A stretch of DNA of 64,000 nucleotides from Leptolyngbyaceae cyanobacterium. GTDB taxonomy: Bacteria; Cyanobacteriota; Cyanobacteriia; Phormidesmidales; Phormidesmidaceae. A program made the position numbers and the translations under genes. The stretch is taken from the NCBI GenBank assembly GCA_965263355.1, contig CBDHHL010000056.1, forward strand, positions 736,001-800,000. Direction: 5' to 3'. The notes under the pieces are model-generated. The model made no database searches and was not told where the DNA came from. It was given only the letters and a program-made list of their open reading frames with translations. Shown piece by piece: positions 11,385 to 20,139 of the stretch; position 1 is the stretch's first letter; every line of letters starts with the position of its first letter.

Positions 11385-12092
11385 ATGACTACACTTACCC
11401 TGAAAAAGTCCATGCGGCCCGATCTTCTAAGTGAACTATTTCCACTATTCAACGCCGCAAATCCTGAAACCTTAACGGGTCTGCTGTCTGCATCCACTGA
11501 GCTGACCTATCCAGCTGGTCGCACTGTCCTGATGGAAGATTCCTGGGGCAATGCCATCTATCTGATTGTGGCTGGCTGGATTAAAGTACGTCACAATACA
11601 GGCGGCGACTACGTTACCTTAGCTGTGCTAGGCAAAGGCGACTTCTTTGGGGAAATGGCAATTCTAGACGAATCACCCCGCTCCACCGATGTCGTTGCCC
11701 TATCTCCAGTCCAGTTGCTAAGTATTCCAGCCCAGCACTTCATCAATACGCTTTTCCAAGACCATCATCTGCACCATCGCATGTTACAGATGATGGTGAG
11801 ACGACTGCGCCATACTAATAGTCACTTTCAGCGGCGGCGTAAACCTACGGCAATCAAGTTAGCCCATACCCTCACAGTCCTAGCCGAGGCATACGGTGAG
11901 AACAAAGATACTGTGCCAGAAATTTTTAACTTAGCTATCGATGATCTAGCAGCCATTTCCGATATTCCCAAAGAAGACGCCGCCAAAATTATGGAAAAGT
12001 TGCGGGAAAAGGGGTGGATTGTCACAGGGCAAAATGGGCAGACACTTCAGTTAAAAGGGTTTAATCATTTAACTCAGTTGGCTCAAAAGTAG
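11385..12092 (+). CDS. Crp/Fnr family transcriptional regulator
   Basis: GDFFGEMAILDESPRSTDV cNMP-binding motif plus C-terminal HTH. Confidence 0.92.
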   Translation: MTTLTLKKSMRPDLLSELFPLFNAANPETLTGLLSASTELTYPAGRTVLMEDSWGNAIYLIVAGWIKVRHNTGGDYVTLAVLGKGDFFGEMAILDESPRSTDVVALSPVQLLSIPAQHFINTLFQDHHLHHRMLQMMVRRLRHTNSHFQRRRKPTAIKLAHTLTVLAEAYGENKDTVPEIFNLAIDDLAAISDIPKEDAAKIMEKLREKGWIVTGQNGQTLQLKGFNHLTQLAQK

Positions 12093-12252
12093 TTTAGGGG
12101 TGAGGGGTGAGTAGATAAACGCTATTGCCCACTGCCCATTGCTCAGTGCCCTGATTACAAATCATTGCAAAATATTGAAAAAAAGCTTGCTCTCTAAAGG
12201 TGCTTTTGAAAGTTAGGCAGATACTTAAGGTGCCGTGCCAGAGTTACGCTTC

Positions 12253-12744
12253 ATGGATTCTAAACTGCCTCCTTCCATTAGTCCTCGTCAAATGAATCTG
12301 CTGCGCATAGTGCTAGCGTTGGCATGGGCTGATGGCAACTTAGCAAAAGAAGAAGCTGATGTTATGCTCACTAGCTTCAGCCAGGTGTTTGCCGCCACAC
12401 CTGATAGTCGAGAGGCTGTCAAACAAGAACTCCAAGGTTATCTAATTCAGGACGTTCCCCTAGAAGAAGTGGTCCCCAGTATCACCACTCAGGCAGAAAA
12501 GGAATTTGTGCTACGTCTGAGCTACGAAGTCATTAGCGCCAGTGCCCGCACACCAGACGAAGAGCTAATTAATCAGGATGAACGGGCTACTTATCAAAAG
12601 TTGGTAGATTTGCTGGACTTACCCAGTGAAACCGTTGAGCGGATTGAGCAATCCGCTCAAACAGCCCTTGGACAAAACCAGACCGAGGGAAATAATGTAG
12701 TGGATTTACTGACGTATCAACTGCGGGAGCATTTGAATGTTTAG
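12253..12744 (+). CDS. TerB-like family protein
   Basis: LALAWADGNLAKEE motif. Confidence 0.7.
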   Translation: MDSKLPPSISPRQMNLLRIVLALAWADGNLAKEEADVMLTSFSQVFAATPDSREAVKQELQGYLIQDVPLEEVVPSITTQAEKEFVLRLSYEVISASARTPDEELINQDERATYQKLVDLLDLPSETVERIEQSAQTALGQNQTEGNNVVDLLTYQLREHLNV

Positions 12745-12816
12745 TTAGTGCAATGGGCAATAGGAGTACCTACCTATTGCCATTACGCCTAAGCCAATTT
12801 CTTAATCCTTATGCAC

Positions 12817-13773
12817 TTAAGCACTCATTGTGAGCATGCGCTGAATCGGTACCAGAGCCTGTTGCTGAATATCTGCAGGCAGGGTAATTTCTGGGGTACG
12901 GTTTTTCATGGCCAGATAGAGTTTTTCTAGCGTGTTTAGTCGCATATGGGGACATTCATTGCACTGGCAATTGGCATCGGGAGGAGCAGGAATAAATAGC
13001 TTATGAGGCACCTGCTTTTCCATTTGGTGGATAATGCCAGACTCCGTAACCACGATAAATTGCTCAGTGTCACTGCTTTCTACATATTTGAGTAGGGCTG
13101 TAGTTGAGCCAATATAGTTAGCATGACGCAAGATTGCCTGTTCGCATTCGGGATGGGCCACAATTTCAGCATTGGGATGCTCCATTTTTAGCTGCAGCAT
13201 CTTTTTTTCGGAAAAGGTTTCATGCACTATACAGCTGCCCTGCCACAACACTAAATCCCGACCAGTCTGGGCAGCAACATAGCGTCCCAAATTACGATCC
13301 GGCGCAAAAATAATTGGTTGCTCTGGCGAAATCTGATTCACAAGCTTTACAGCATTTGAGCTAGTGCAGATAATGTCGCTCATAGCTTTAATTTCAGCGG
13401 TGCAGTTAATGTAAGACACCACAATATGGTCAGGATGGTCGGCCTTAAACTTGGCAAACTCTGCTGGTGGGCAACTATCTGCCAGGGAGCAACCGGCTGC
13501 CAGATCCGGTAGAAGTACCAGCTTATCAGGGTTCAAAATTTTGGCCGTTTCAGCCATAAAGTGCACCCCTGCAAACACAATCACCTCAGCATCAGTCGCC
13601 GCTGCCTTCTGGGATAATCCCAGCGAGTCCCCAATGTAGTCAGCAATGTCTTGAATATCTGGCTCCTGATAATAATGCGCCAAAACAATAGCATTGAGTT
13701 CTTTCTTCAAATCCTCAATGGCACTAAATAGGTTCTTGGGTAGGGGGGCGGAAACCGATGCAGTTGTGAACAT
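12817..13773 (-). CDS. nadA: Quinolinate synthase
   Basis: [32 protein letters not shown] motifs. Confidence 0.98.
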   Translation of the reverse strand: MFTTASVSAPLPKNLFSAIEDLKKELNAIVLAHYYQEPDIQDIADYIGDSLGLSQKAAATDAEVIVFAGVHFMAETAKILNPDKLVLLPDLAAGCSLADSCPPAEFAKFKADHPDHIVVSYINCTAEIKAMSDIICTSSNAVKLVNQISPEQPIIFAPDRNLGRYVAAQTGRDLVLWQGSCIVHETFSEKKMLQLKMEHPNAEIVAHPECEQAILRHANYIGSTTALLKYVESSDTEQFIVVTESGIIHQMEKQVPHKLFIPAPPDANCQCNECPHMRLNTLEKLYLAMKNRTPEITLPADIQQQALVPIQRMLTMSA

Positions 13774-13827
13774 AGAGATAAACTCGTGGCTAGTTTTGGT
13801 TTTGATATTAGTTTTAACGTGACCTAA

Positions 13828-13848
13828 TTATAGTTATTTCAACCATAA
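13828..13848. promoter_or_regulatory. Putative NrtR operator upstream of nadA
   Basis: TTATAGTTATTTCAACCATAA: 21-bp imperfect palindrome with GT-N7-AC core. Confidence 0.6.
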
Positions 13849-13907
13849 ATATCAGCAAATACTTTTGTATGTCTTAATTAAAAGTGTTTAACGGGGAACG
13901 TAGCTAC

Positions 13908-13955
13908 CCTTAAAGCAGCGAATTCCTTTAAGGGTTTGGAAGTACTGCTTTAAGG
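13908..13955. repeat. Inverted repeat / hairpin
   Basis: CCTTAAAGCAG...CTGCTTTAAGG. Confidence 0.5.
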
Positions 13956-14082
13956 ACATCGCTGACAAAGAAGTTATCGGTTATTTAGGCCCCCTTCAAG
14001 CCTGTAAGAGGGGAATTTTCAACCGATGTAGCCTTTCAAAAAATGCTTAAACGCTCTTTCTAATTTCTTCTTAGCCCAACTT

Positions 14083-14919
14083 TTAGCTTGCTAATTCAAT
14101 ATCAAATTGCTTACAGAGGCTTGTCACAGCCTTTACCCAACCATCGGGAGCTGGTGATGGTGCAATCTCCCAACCACGATTTCCCAATTGAGGGTGAGGT
14201 CCCTTAACTCCCGGTAACACAATCGGATGGTCAACATGCTCTAGCATGTCTAAATCATTGGGACTATTCCCTAGGCCAATGGTGATGATGGTTTCCTCTG
14301 GAGGCAATATGCTTTGGTAAAGAGAGACCAAGCGTTTCACAGCATTCCCTTTACCAGCCTCAGGCCCAATTAGGTGGGAAAACCGATCGCCCACAACTAC
14401 TTTGAACCCCATTGACTCAACAGCCTCAACGATTTGCTCAGAGGGCACGGCTTTGGGCGTAATAAATGGCTCACTAAATTCACGGGCCTTGGCTTCTTGG
14501 GCGTCTTTAGCCGAAAGTCCTGTATATTTTTGCAACCGGGCTATGGTCATGTCACCAAACCCGAGCAAAGAATGGCGCAACTCGTTGGCAATTACCCGTA
14601 AGGCTGCCCTGGACTGTACGTAAGGACAGCCTAAATCTACTACGTAATAATTTCCCTCCTGCTCCCCTGGAGGTTCATTAAAGGGATTATGATTAATTTC
14701 AACAAAAATACCGCTACCGTTCTCAGTAACAAATGGATCACTTAACCCTACGTCTTGGCGCAGTGTAGAGACTTCAGCTCGGGTTTTGCTGGTTACTGGT
14801 ACAACTGGAATTTTTAATGACTTTAATTGCTGGATAATGGGCACGGTCGCAGCGTAATCATAGGTCTCACTGTTGAGTAGCGTGCCGTCGAGGTCGGTAA
14901 AAATAATCAGCTGGGTCAT
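14083..14919 (-). CDS. HAD-IIB mannosyl/glucosyl-3-phosphoglycerate phosphatase
   Basis: FTDLDGTLL, TSKT, ENG, REFSEPF, GNSPNDLDML motifs. Confidence 0.85.
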   Translation of the reverse strand: MTQLIIFTDLDGTLLNSETYDYAATVPIIQQLKSLKIPVVPVTSKTRAEVSTLRQDVGLSDPFVTENGSGIFVEINHNPFNEPPGEQEGNYYVVDLGCPYVQSRAALRVIANELRHSLLGFGDMTIARLQKYTGLSAKDAQEAKAREFSEPFITPKAVPSEQIVEAVESMGFKVVVGDRFSHLIGPEAGKGNAVKRLVSLYQSILPPEETIITIGLGNSPNDLDMLEHVDHPIVLPGVKGPHPQLGNRGWEIAPSPAPDGWVKAVTSLCKQFDIELAS

Positions 14920-14974
14920 TGGAAGTAAACGTACCTTGGACCAATCAGAATATGTCTAGATTAAACAATGATGT

Positions 14975-15943
14975 ATGACGCTGATAGAGGCAAATAAAAT
15001 TGGAGCGATCGCATCCCAGTCAATAACCATCGCTATCATCGGCGATGTGCATGATCAGTGGAGTCCCGCAGATGCCCAAGCACTGGCAGCCCTGGATGTA
15101 GACTTAGCATTGTTTGTAGGCGATTTTGGCAATGAAGCAATCGCCATTGTTCGCCAGATAGCTGCCCTATCCGTCCCCAAAGCCGTTATTTTAGGTAACC
15201 ATGATGCCTGGTATACGGCCAGTCAACGCAACCGCAAAAAGTGCCCTTATGACCCAACTAAAGAAGATCGGGTGCAGCAGCAGCTAGATGCCTTAGGCCG
15301 CTGTCATGTTGGCTTTGGCAAGCTAGAGCTGCCCCAGTGGAATATAACTGTGATCGGCGCACGTCCGTTTAGCTGGGGTGGGGCTAACTGGCGTTACAAA
15401 CAGTTCTATAAAGAGCGGTATGGCGTTTCTAGTTTTGCCGAATCCACTGCCAGAATCTGCGCAATGATAGACAGGGCAGACCATGACACGTTAATTTTTT
15501 TAGGCCATAACGGCCCAGCGGGCTTAGGCAATCAGACGCATAACATTTGTGGACGGGATTGGAAACGTAAAGGGGGTGATTATGGAGACCCGGATTTTGC
15601 GGATGCGATCGCATCCGCTCACCAATCGAACCGACAGGTGGCTCTGGTCGCCTTTGGCCACATGCACCATGAGCTTAGGCATGATAAAACGCGACTACGA
15701 GAACGTTTAGTCGTAGACGACTACGGTACTGTGTACGCCAACGGAGCCCAGGTGCCCCGAGTCGTAGAAACTGACAGTGGCTGGCGGTACAGCTTTACCT
15801 TGGTGACCCTGCAATCTGGCATAGTCCAAACTGTGCGGTTGATTTGGGTAAATAGCCTAAACAAAATCGTATCTGAGGACTATCTATATCCCTCGCCACA
15901 AAAAGTTAACGTCCCTCTGGACGCCATGGTGAATTTGGGCTAG
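14975..15943 (+). CDS. Calcineurin-like metallophosphoesterase (TIGR04168-like)
   Basis: GDVHD, GDFGNE, GNHD, GHMHH motifs. Confidence 0.85.
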   Translation: MTLIEANKIGAIASQSITIAIIGDVHDQWSPADAQALAALDVDLALFVGDFGNEAIAIVRQIAALSVPKAVILGNHDAWYTASQRNRKKCPYDPTKEDRVQQQLDALGRCHVGFGKLELPQWNITVIGARPFSWGGANWRYKQFYKERYGVSSFAESTARICAMIDRADHDTLIFLGHNGPAGLGNQTHNICGRDWKRKGGDYGDPDFADAIASAHQSNRQVALVAFGHMHHELRHDKTRLRERLVVDDYGTVYANGAQVPRVVETDSGWRYSFTLVTLQSGIVQTVRLIWVNSLNKIVSEDYLYPSPQKVNVPLDAMVNLG

Positions 15944-15981
15944 CATTACTGATGCTTCTGGCCTATGCTGGTAAGCCGTTT

Positions 15982-16066
15982 GGAGAGGTGGCAGAGTGGT
16001 CGATTGCGCTCGACTTGAAATCGAGTGAGCCGCAAGGTTCCGAGGGTTCGAATCCCTCCCTCTCCG
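15982..16066 (+). tRNA. tRNA-Ser(TGA)
   Basis: GGAGAGG acceptor stem, CTCGA-CT-TGA-AA-TCGAG anticodon arm, long variable arm, GGTTCGAATCC T-loop; no encoded CCA. Confidence 0.97.
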
Positions 16067-16112
16067 TTATAAATTTCAAGCTTTACAGCGTTATTTGAGC
16101 TGCTATCTGGAT

Positions 16113-16554
16113 GGTCAGGTGTTTGTCGCTTGAGCGACAGCAGTCGATGAGCGCTCGGTTTTGAACCGGGCGTGGGGGAATGGAGCCTGTCCGAGCTGCA
16201 AATATGCGGTCATGACGATTGGCAAATGGCATGGACCGCCCAGGGTTCAAAATCCAGGGCTAATTGAATCAAAACCCGCTGAAGGAGTTGAGGGTTTTGT
16301 CGCTTGAGCGACAGCGATCGATGAGCGCCCGGTTTTGAATCGGGCGTGGGGGAATGGAGCCTGTCCGAGCTGCAAATATGCGGTCATGACGATTGGCAAA
16401 TGGCATGGACCGCCCAGGGTTCAAAACCCAGGGCTAACCGGATCAAAACCCGCTAAAGTGGTTCGTAGCTTGTAGATGATCCCAATAACATGAGTATTTT
16501 GTCGCTTGAGCGACAGCCCTCAATTAGCGCCCGGTTTTGAACCGTGCGTGGGTG
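16113..16554. repeat. REP/BIME-like array, left half (~2.4 units, 174-bp period)
   Basis: GTCGCTTGAGCGAC at 16125, 16299, 16501; CGCCCGG-TTTTGAA-CCGGGCG hairpins alternate with inverted CGCCCAGGG-TTCAAAA-CCCAGGGCT hairpins. Confidence 0.9.
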
Positions 16555-16587
16555 CTTTGCCGCACCCTATAGCCCAAGGGGCATGCG

Positions 16588-17073
16588 CTAAAGCGTGAGG
16601 ACTAGGACTTTTTCCGCAATCGGGTCCACTATCCAATATTCTGGAATGCTTCGCTGGGCATATTCTTGGCGTTTTTCAATATAGTCGCGGTCGCGGGATG
16701 CTTTGTCAGTATCACTACTAGAAACAACGTCTACAACTAACCTGGGGACTGGCTGACCTAGTCGTAATAGCTTTCCATCTTTGAGAATCGCAGAAGCTGA
16801 TTCCTCAGAATGGATAATCAAATCGGGTTGCCGTGCAGTCACCTTGGTGGAGATTACCTGAATCTGATGGTTAGTAGCCAGACAGTAGTAGGGGACACCC
16901 AATTTCAAAAGGTAACTGATCAAAAACAGTGCAATCGTATTGTTGAGAGGGCTTTCCGTTGGCATTGCGACTAAAATTCCATGCACCAGTTCATAGCGAG
17001 TATCGGTGCCGTCGTCATAGGCCAGATACTCCTCCAGCGTCATAGTTTGAGTTGTGGGTTTAGCAACTGTCAT
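16588..17073 (-). pseudogene. Uma2 (DUF820) endonuclease, 3'-truncated
   Basis: RYELVHG, RQPDL, DY..KRQEYA..IPEYWIVDP; stops immediately at VLVLTL, lacking the usual tail seen in the paralog at 30098. Confidence 0.8.
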
Positions 17074-17219
17074 GGCAAACCTCTCTGAGTGCCAGCATTC
17101 TAATGGTTCCATGATAACGCTATCAACTAGGTCTACCAGTTGGTTAGAGATGCGTGGTTATGAGATATGCGATCGCACAAGCATTGACTCGTCATCTTGC
17201 AAGCCCAAGCACTCACCAT

Positions 17220-17678
17220 CTATGAATCGATGGGCTCAAATAGGATGACATCAACGGATGGCAGCGATTCAAAGGCTTCTAAAATCAGCGGTTTAACGTC
17301 TGACCAGGTCAAGCCACCATTGCCACAACCAAGGGGAGGAATGGCAATAGACTGGATGCCCAAATCTTGAACTTCGTTAATCAAGGCGGTGAGTCCTGAC
17401 TGAATGTCCTCAATCTTGGACTTCTGTCGCCAGTGACGTTTGGTTGGGAAGTTGATGATGTAACGGGGATTGAACAACGTTTCTGTCGCTACGGTGAACA
17501 TATGCCCAGGCTGCACTTGACTGTTTTTACAGGCTTTTTGATAGTACTTAAAGTTTTCTGGAAAGGCTTGTTTGAACTGCAGGGCAATGCCTTTGCCCAT
17601 AATGCCAACACAATTAACCGCATTGACGAGGGCTTCGGCTTCTTCTTCCAAAAGGTTGCCACGTTTTAACTTGAGCAT
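17220..17678 (-). CDS. Macrodomain protein (DarG N-terminal-like)
   Basis: GNLL..EAEALVNAVNCVGIMGKGIALQFK, INFPTKRHWR, SIAIPPLGCGNGGL. Confidence 0.9.
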   Translation of the reverse strand: MLKLKRGNLLEEEAEALVNAVNCVGIMGKGIALQFKQAFPENFKYYQKACKNSQVQPGHMFTVATETLFNPRYIINFPTKRHWRQKSKIEDIQSGLTALINEVQDLGIQSIAIPPLGCGNGGLTWSDVKPLILEAFESLPSVDVILFEPIDS

Positions 17679-17765
17679 TTGACTGTATGCCTTGATAGGT
17701 CTTCAATAAGGCTGCATTTGAATAGGGCACTTACAATAGGAGTTAATAGCTCAAGGCAATCAATA

Positions 17766-18167
17766 ATGGCCCAAATTACGATTGAAGTTCCTGACGAATT
17801 TGCTCAACGTCTAGAACCTTTCCAAAATCAGCTTTCTGAACTCTTTACTCGTTTTATTTCTGCAACAGTACTGAGTAAAACATCAGAAGCAATGGCCACA
17901 TCAACCGATCATGTTGCCTCTCCACCCAAGACCTATCAGGAGGTGCTCGATTTCCTAATTAGCCGTCCCACATCTCAGGAAATTATTGGCTTTAAGGTAT
18001 CCGAGCAATCCCAAACTCGTCTGCAAACCTTACTGCAGAAAAATCGTGATGCGGGGCTTAGCCTGGAGGAAAAAAGTGAGCTAGACCTTTACGAGCAATT
18101 AGATACTCTGATGAGTCTACTCAAAGCTAGAGCTTTTGTAACCTTCAAGCCTGCAACCGAATCTTAG
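17766..18167 (+). CDS. Hypothetical antitoxin-like partner of HNH gene
   Basis: MAQITIEVPDE RHH-like start; 7 bp upstream of HNH gene. Confidence 0.65.
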   Translation: MAQITIEVPDEFAQRLEPFQNQLSELFTRFISATVLSKTSEAMATSTDHVASPPKTYQEVLDFLISRPTSQEIIGFKVSEQSQTRLQTLLQKNRDAGLSLEEKSELDLYEQLDTLMSLLKARAFVTFKPATES

Positions 18168-18174
18168 CCAGGGA

Positions 18175-18591
18175 ATGTCCTACATATCAGACAAGCTAAG
18201 ACTCTCGGTGCGCCAACGGGCCGATGAAAAGTGCGAATATTGCTTTATCCATCAAACCTTTTCGATTTACAGCCATGAAATTGATCATGCAGTGGCTATC
18301 AAGCATGGTGGTCAAACCACTTTCGAAAACCTTGTTTTAGCCTGTCTTCCCTGCAACCGTCATAAAGGCACAGACCTAACCAGCATTGATACAGTAACCA
18401 GCGAAATTACCCCTCTCTTCAATCCCAGAACCCATAGCTGGAAAGATCACTTCGAACTACAAAATGGCTATATTTTGGGCTTAACAGCTATTGGGCGAAC
18501 GACCGTTTTTCTTTTGCAACTCAATGAACCGAATCGTCTGCAACTGAGACAAATGCTTGCATCCCAAGGTCTCTATCCAGATTTAACTTGA
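18175..18591 (+). CDS. HNH endonuclease
   Basis: CEYC, HEIDH, HGG, NLVLACLPCNRHKG. Confidence 0.92.
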   Translation: MSYISDKLRLSVRQRADEKCEYCFIHQTFSIYSHEIDHAVAIKHGGQTTFENLVLACLPCNRHKGTDLTSIDTVTSEITPLFNPRTHSWKDHFELQNGYILGLTAIGRTTVFLLQLNEPNRLQLRQMLASQGLYPDLT

Positions 18592-18666
18592 ATCAAGAGT
18601 CAGTGAGCATCAGTTCGTTTATGGTAACTTGAGCTTCAAATTCAGAGACCAGGGAGAAACTGAATT

Positions 18667-19575
18667 ATGCATCTGTCATTTACTCAAACCCAAGCTTATA
18701 ACAGTGCGATCTCAACTTCAGCTCAACTAGCAGACCATGGATACTGGGCGATTGACCTGGAGACCACAGGCGTTGGTAGCAACGATGAACCCGTGGAAGT
18801 TGGTATTGTTGACCACACCATGAAAACGGTATTTCACTCCTATGTGATGCCCACTGTCCCCATTAGTCAGCAGGCTACGGCTAAAAATGGTCTGTCGATG
18901 GCTATCCTCAAGGAAAAAGGAGCTCCACTGTGGGATGAGGTACAACCTCAATTAGTGGAACTCTTTAGCAATCCTCCTGCCACTGTGGTTATCCACAATA
19001 AGAACTTTGATCTACGCATTTTAGAGCAGGTCGGTTTTACGTTACCGGATCATGTACCGGTTGTTTGCTCACTAGAGCTATCGCGAATACTACAACCTGA
19101 TGAAGCTGCCCTTAATGGCAGCCACACTGCTGTAGGAGACTGCGAGGAGGTTATAAAACGTCTGCGCCAGTTTGCCAGCACTCCCATGCTGGACTACCCA
19201 GAAATGCAGATGGATGAAGCGACTACCGTGATCGAGACTATTAAACGGTTGCGGCTTCAGAAAAAAGAGCTAGAAGACCAGGAGAAGATGCTATCTGAAA
19301 AGTTAACCCGTCTCATGGTCACTCAGAAGGTGGATGCTATATCTGGCAAGAACTGGCAAGCCGTACTAGAAACCTCATGGAAGCAACCTAAGGTGGCTGA
19401 CGGGTTCACTATTGAGGATGTCATAGAGGCGTATCCAAATCTCTGCTATGACAAGCCCACCCTTAAACCTTCGGCAACTCGATCTTTGCCCAAGATTGTC
19501 AGAGAAAACGGTGGAAAGTTGCCTGATTGCCTGATTGCTACGGAATCACAGGGCATCAAGATTAAGAAGGCTTAG
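18667..19575 (+). CDS. DEDDh/DnaQ-like 3'-5' exonuclease with C-terminal coiled-coil extension
   Basis: IDLETTG (ExoI), HNKNFD (ExoII), HTAVGD (ExoIII). Confidence 0.8.
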   Translation: MHLSFTQTQAYNSAISTSAQLADHGYWAIDLETTGVGSNDEPVEVGIVDHTMKTVFHSYVMPTVPISQQATAKNGLSMAILKEKGAPLWDEVQPQLVELFSNPPATVVIHNKNFDLRILEQVGFTLPDHVPVVCSLELSRILQPDEAALNGSHTAVGDCEEVIKRLRQFASTPMLDYPEMQMDEATTVIETIKRLRLQKKELEDQEKMLSEKLTRLMVTQKVDAISGKNWQAVLETSWKQPKVADGFTIEDVIEAYPNLCYDKPTLKPSATRSLPKIVRENGGKLPDCLIATESQGIKIKKA

Positions 19576-19628
19576 TTGTAGCACAGTGCATCAGTTATCT
19601 ACGTACCGTCAAGGTTAGCCGCTGGCAA

Positions 19629-19697
19629 TTAGATGGTCTGTGATTGTTCTTCGGTTGAAAGAGCTAAAAGCTTGGATTGTAAGTCTTGTAAAGTCAT
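19629..19697 (-). pseudogene. N-terminal remnant of a small TA-type gene behind the shared leader
   Basis: MTLQDLQSKLLALSTEEQSQTI*; preceded by the same leader as the genes at 30691 and 31767. Confidence 0.45.
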
Positions 19698-19909
19698 GGG
19701 TCTGGCCCATTAGCAGGTTCTTAGTTATAGCTGTCGGGGTCTAAATGACACATTTCCTTGGCTGTGGGATGTGACAGTTGGTTATGTCAACTTTAGATAA
19801 TTGGGATTGGTGAGAATAGTTCAGTGCTGATAGCTTATTGAGCAATCGTATAAACACGCAAAGTGTCAACATAGCTGATCAATCAGTAAGATCTAGTAAT
19901 AAACCTTGG

Positions 19910-19969
19910 CCACGTCCAGAACTGGAGTTTTTCCGGCGGGCAAAGCTACAGGTTTCAACTTGGACGTGG
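19910..19969. repeat. 60-bp miniature inverted-repeat element, copy 2 (inverted relative to 9359-9417)
   Basis: CCACGTCCAG...TTGGACGTGG; its reverse complement aligns with copy 1 throughout. Confidence 0.7.
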
Positions 19970-20139
19970 TTTAAATCAGCAATTTATCCTTATATCTAAC
20001 CAAGGCAATAGCTCCGAATTGAGGCTATAACTCTGTAAGAATTAACAAAGCAAATAATATTGATTACTCACTTATAAGAACACGGGAATCTTAAACGCAG
20101 CTGATAAAACCCTATTCCTTTACCCCCTAACGCTTCAAT

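Noticed and set aside
16113..16554. CRISPR array
   Set aside because: The period is 174 bp, the spacers are repeated rather than unique, and no cas genes are present
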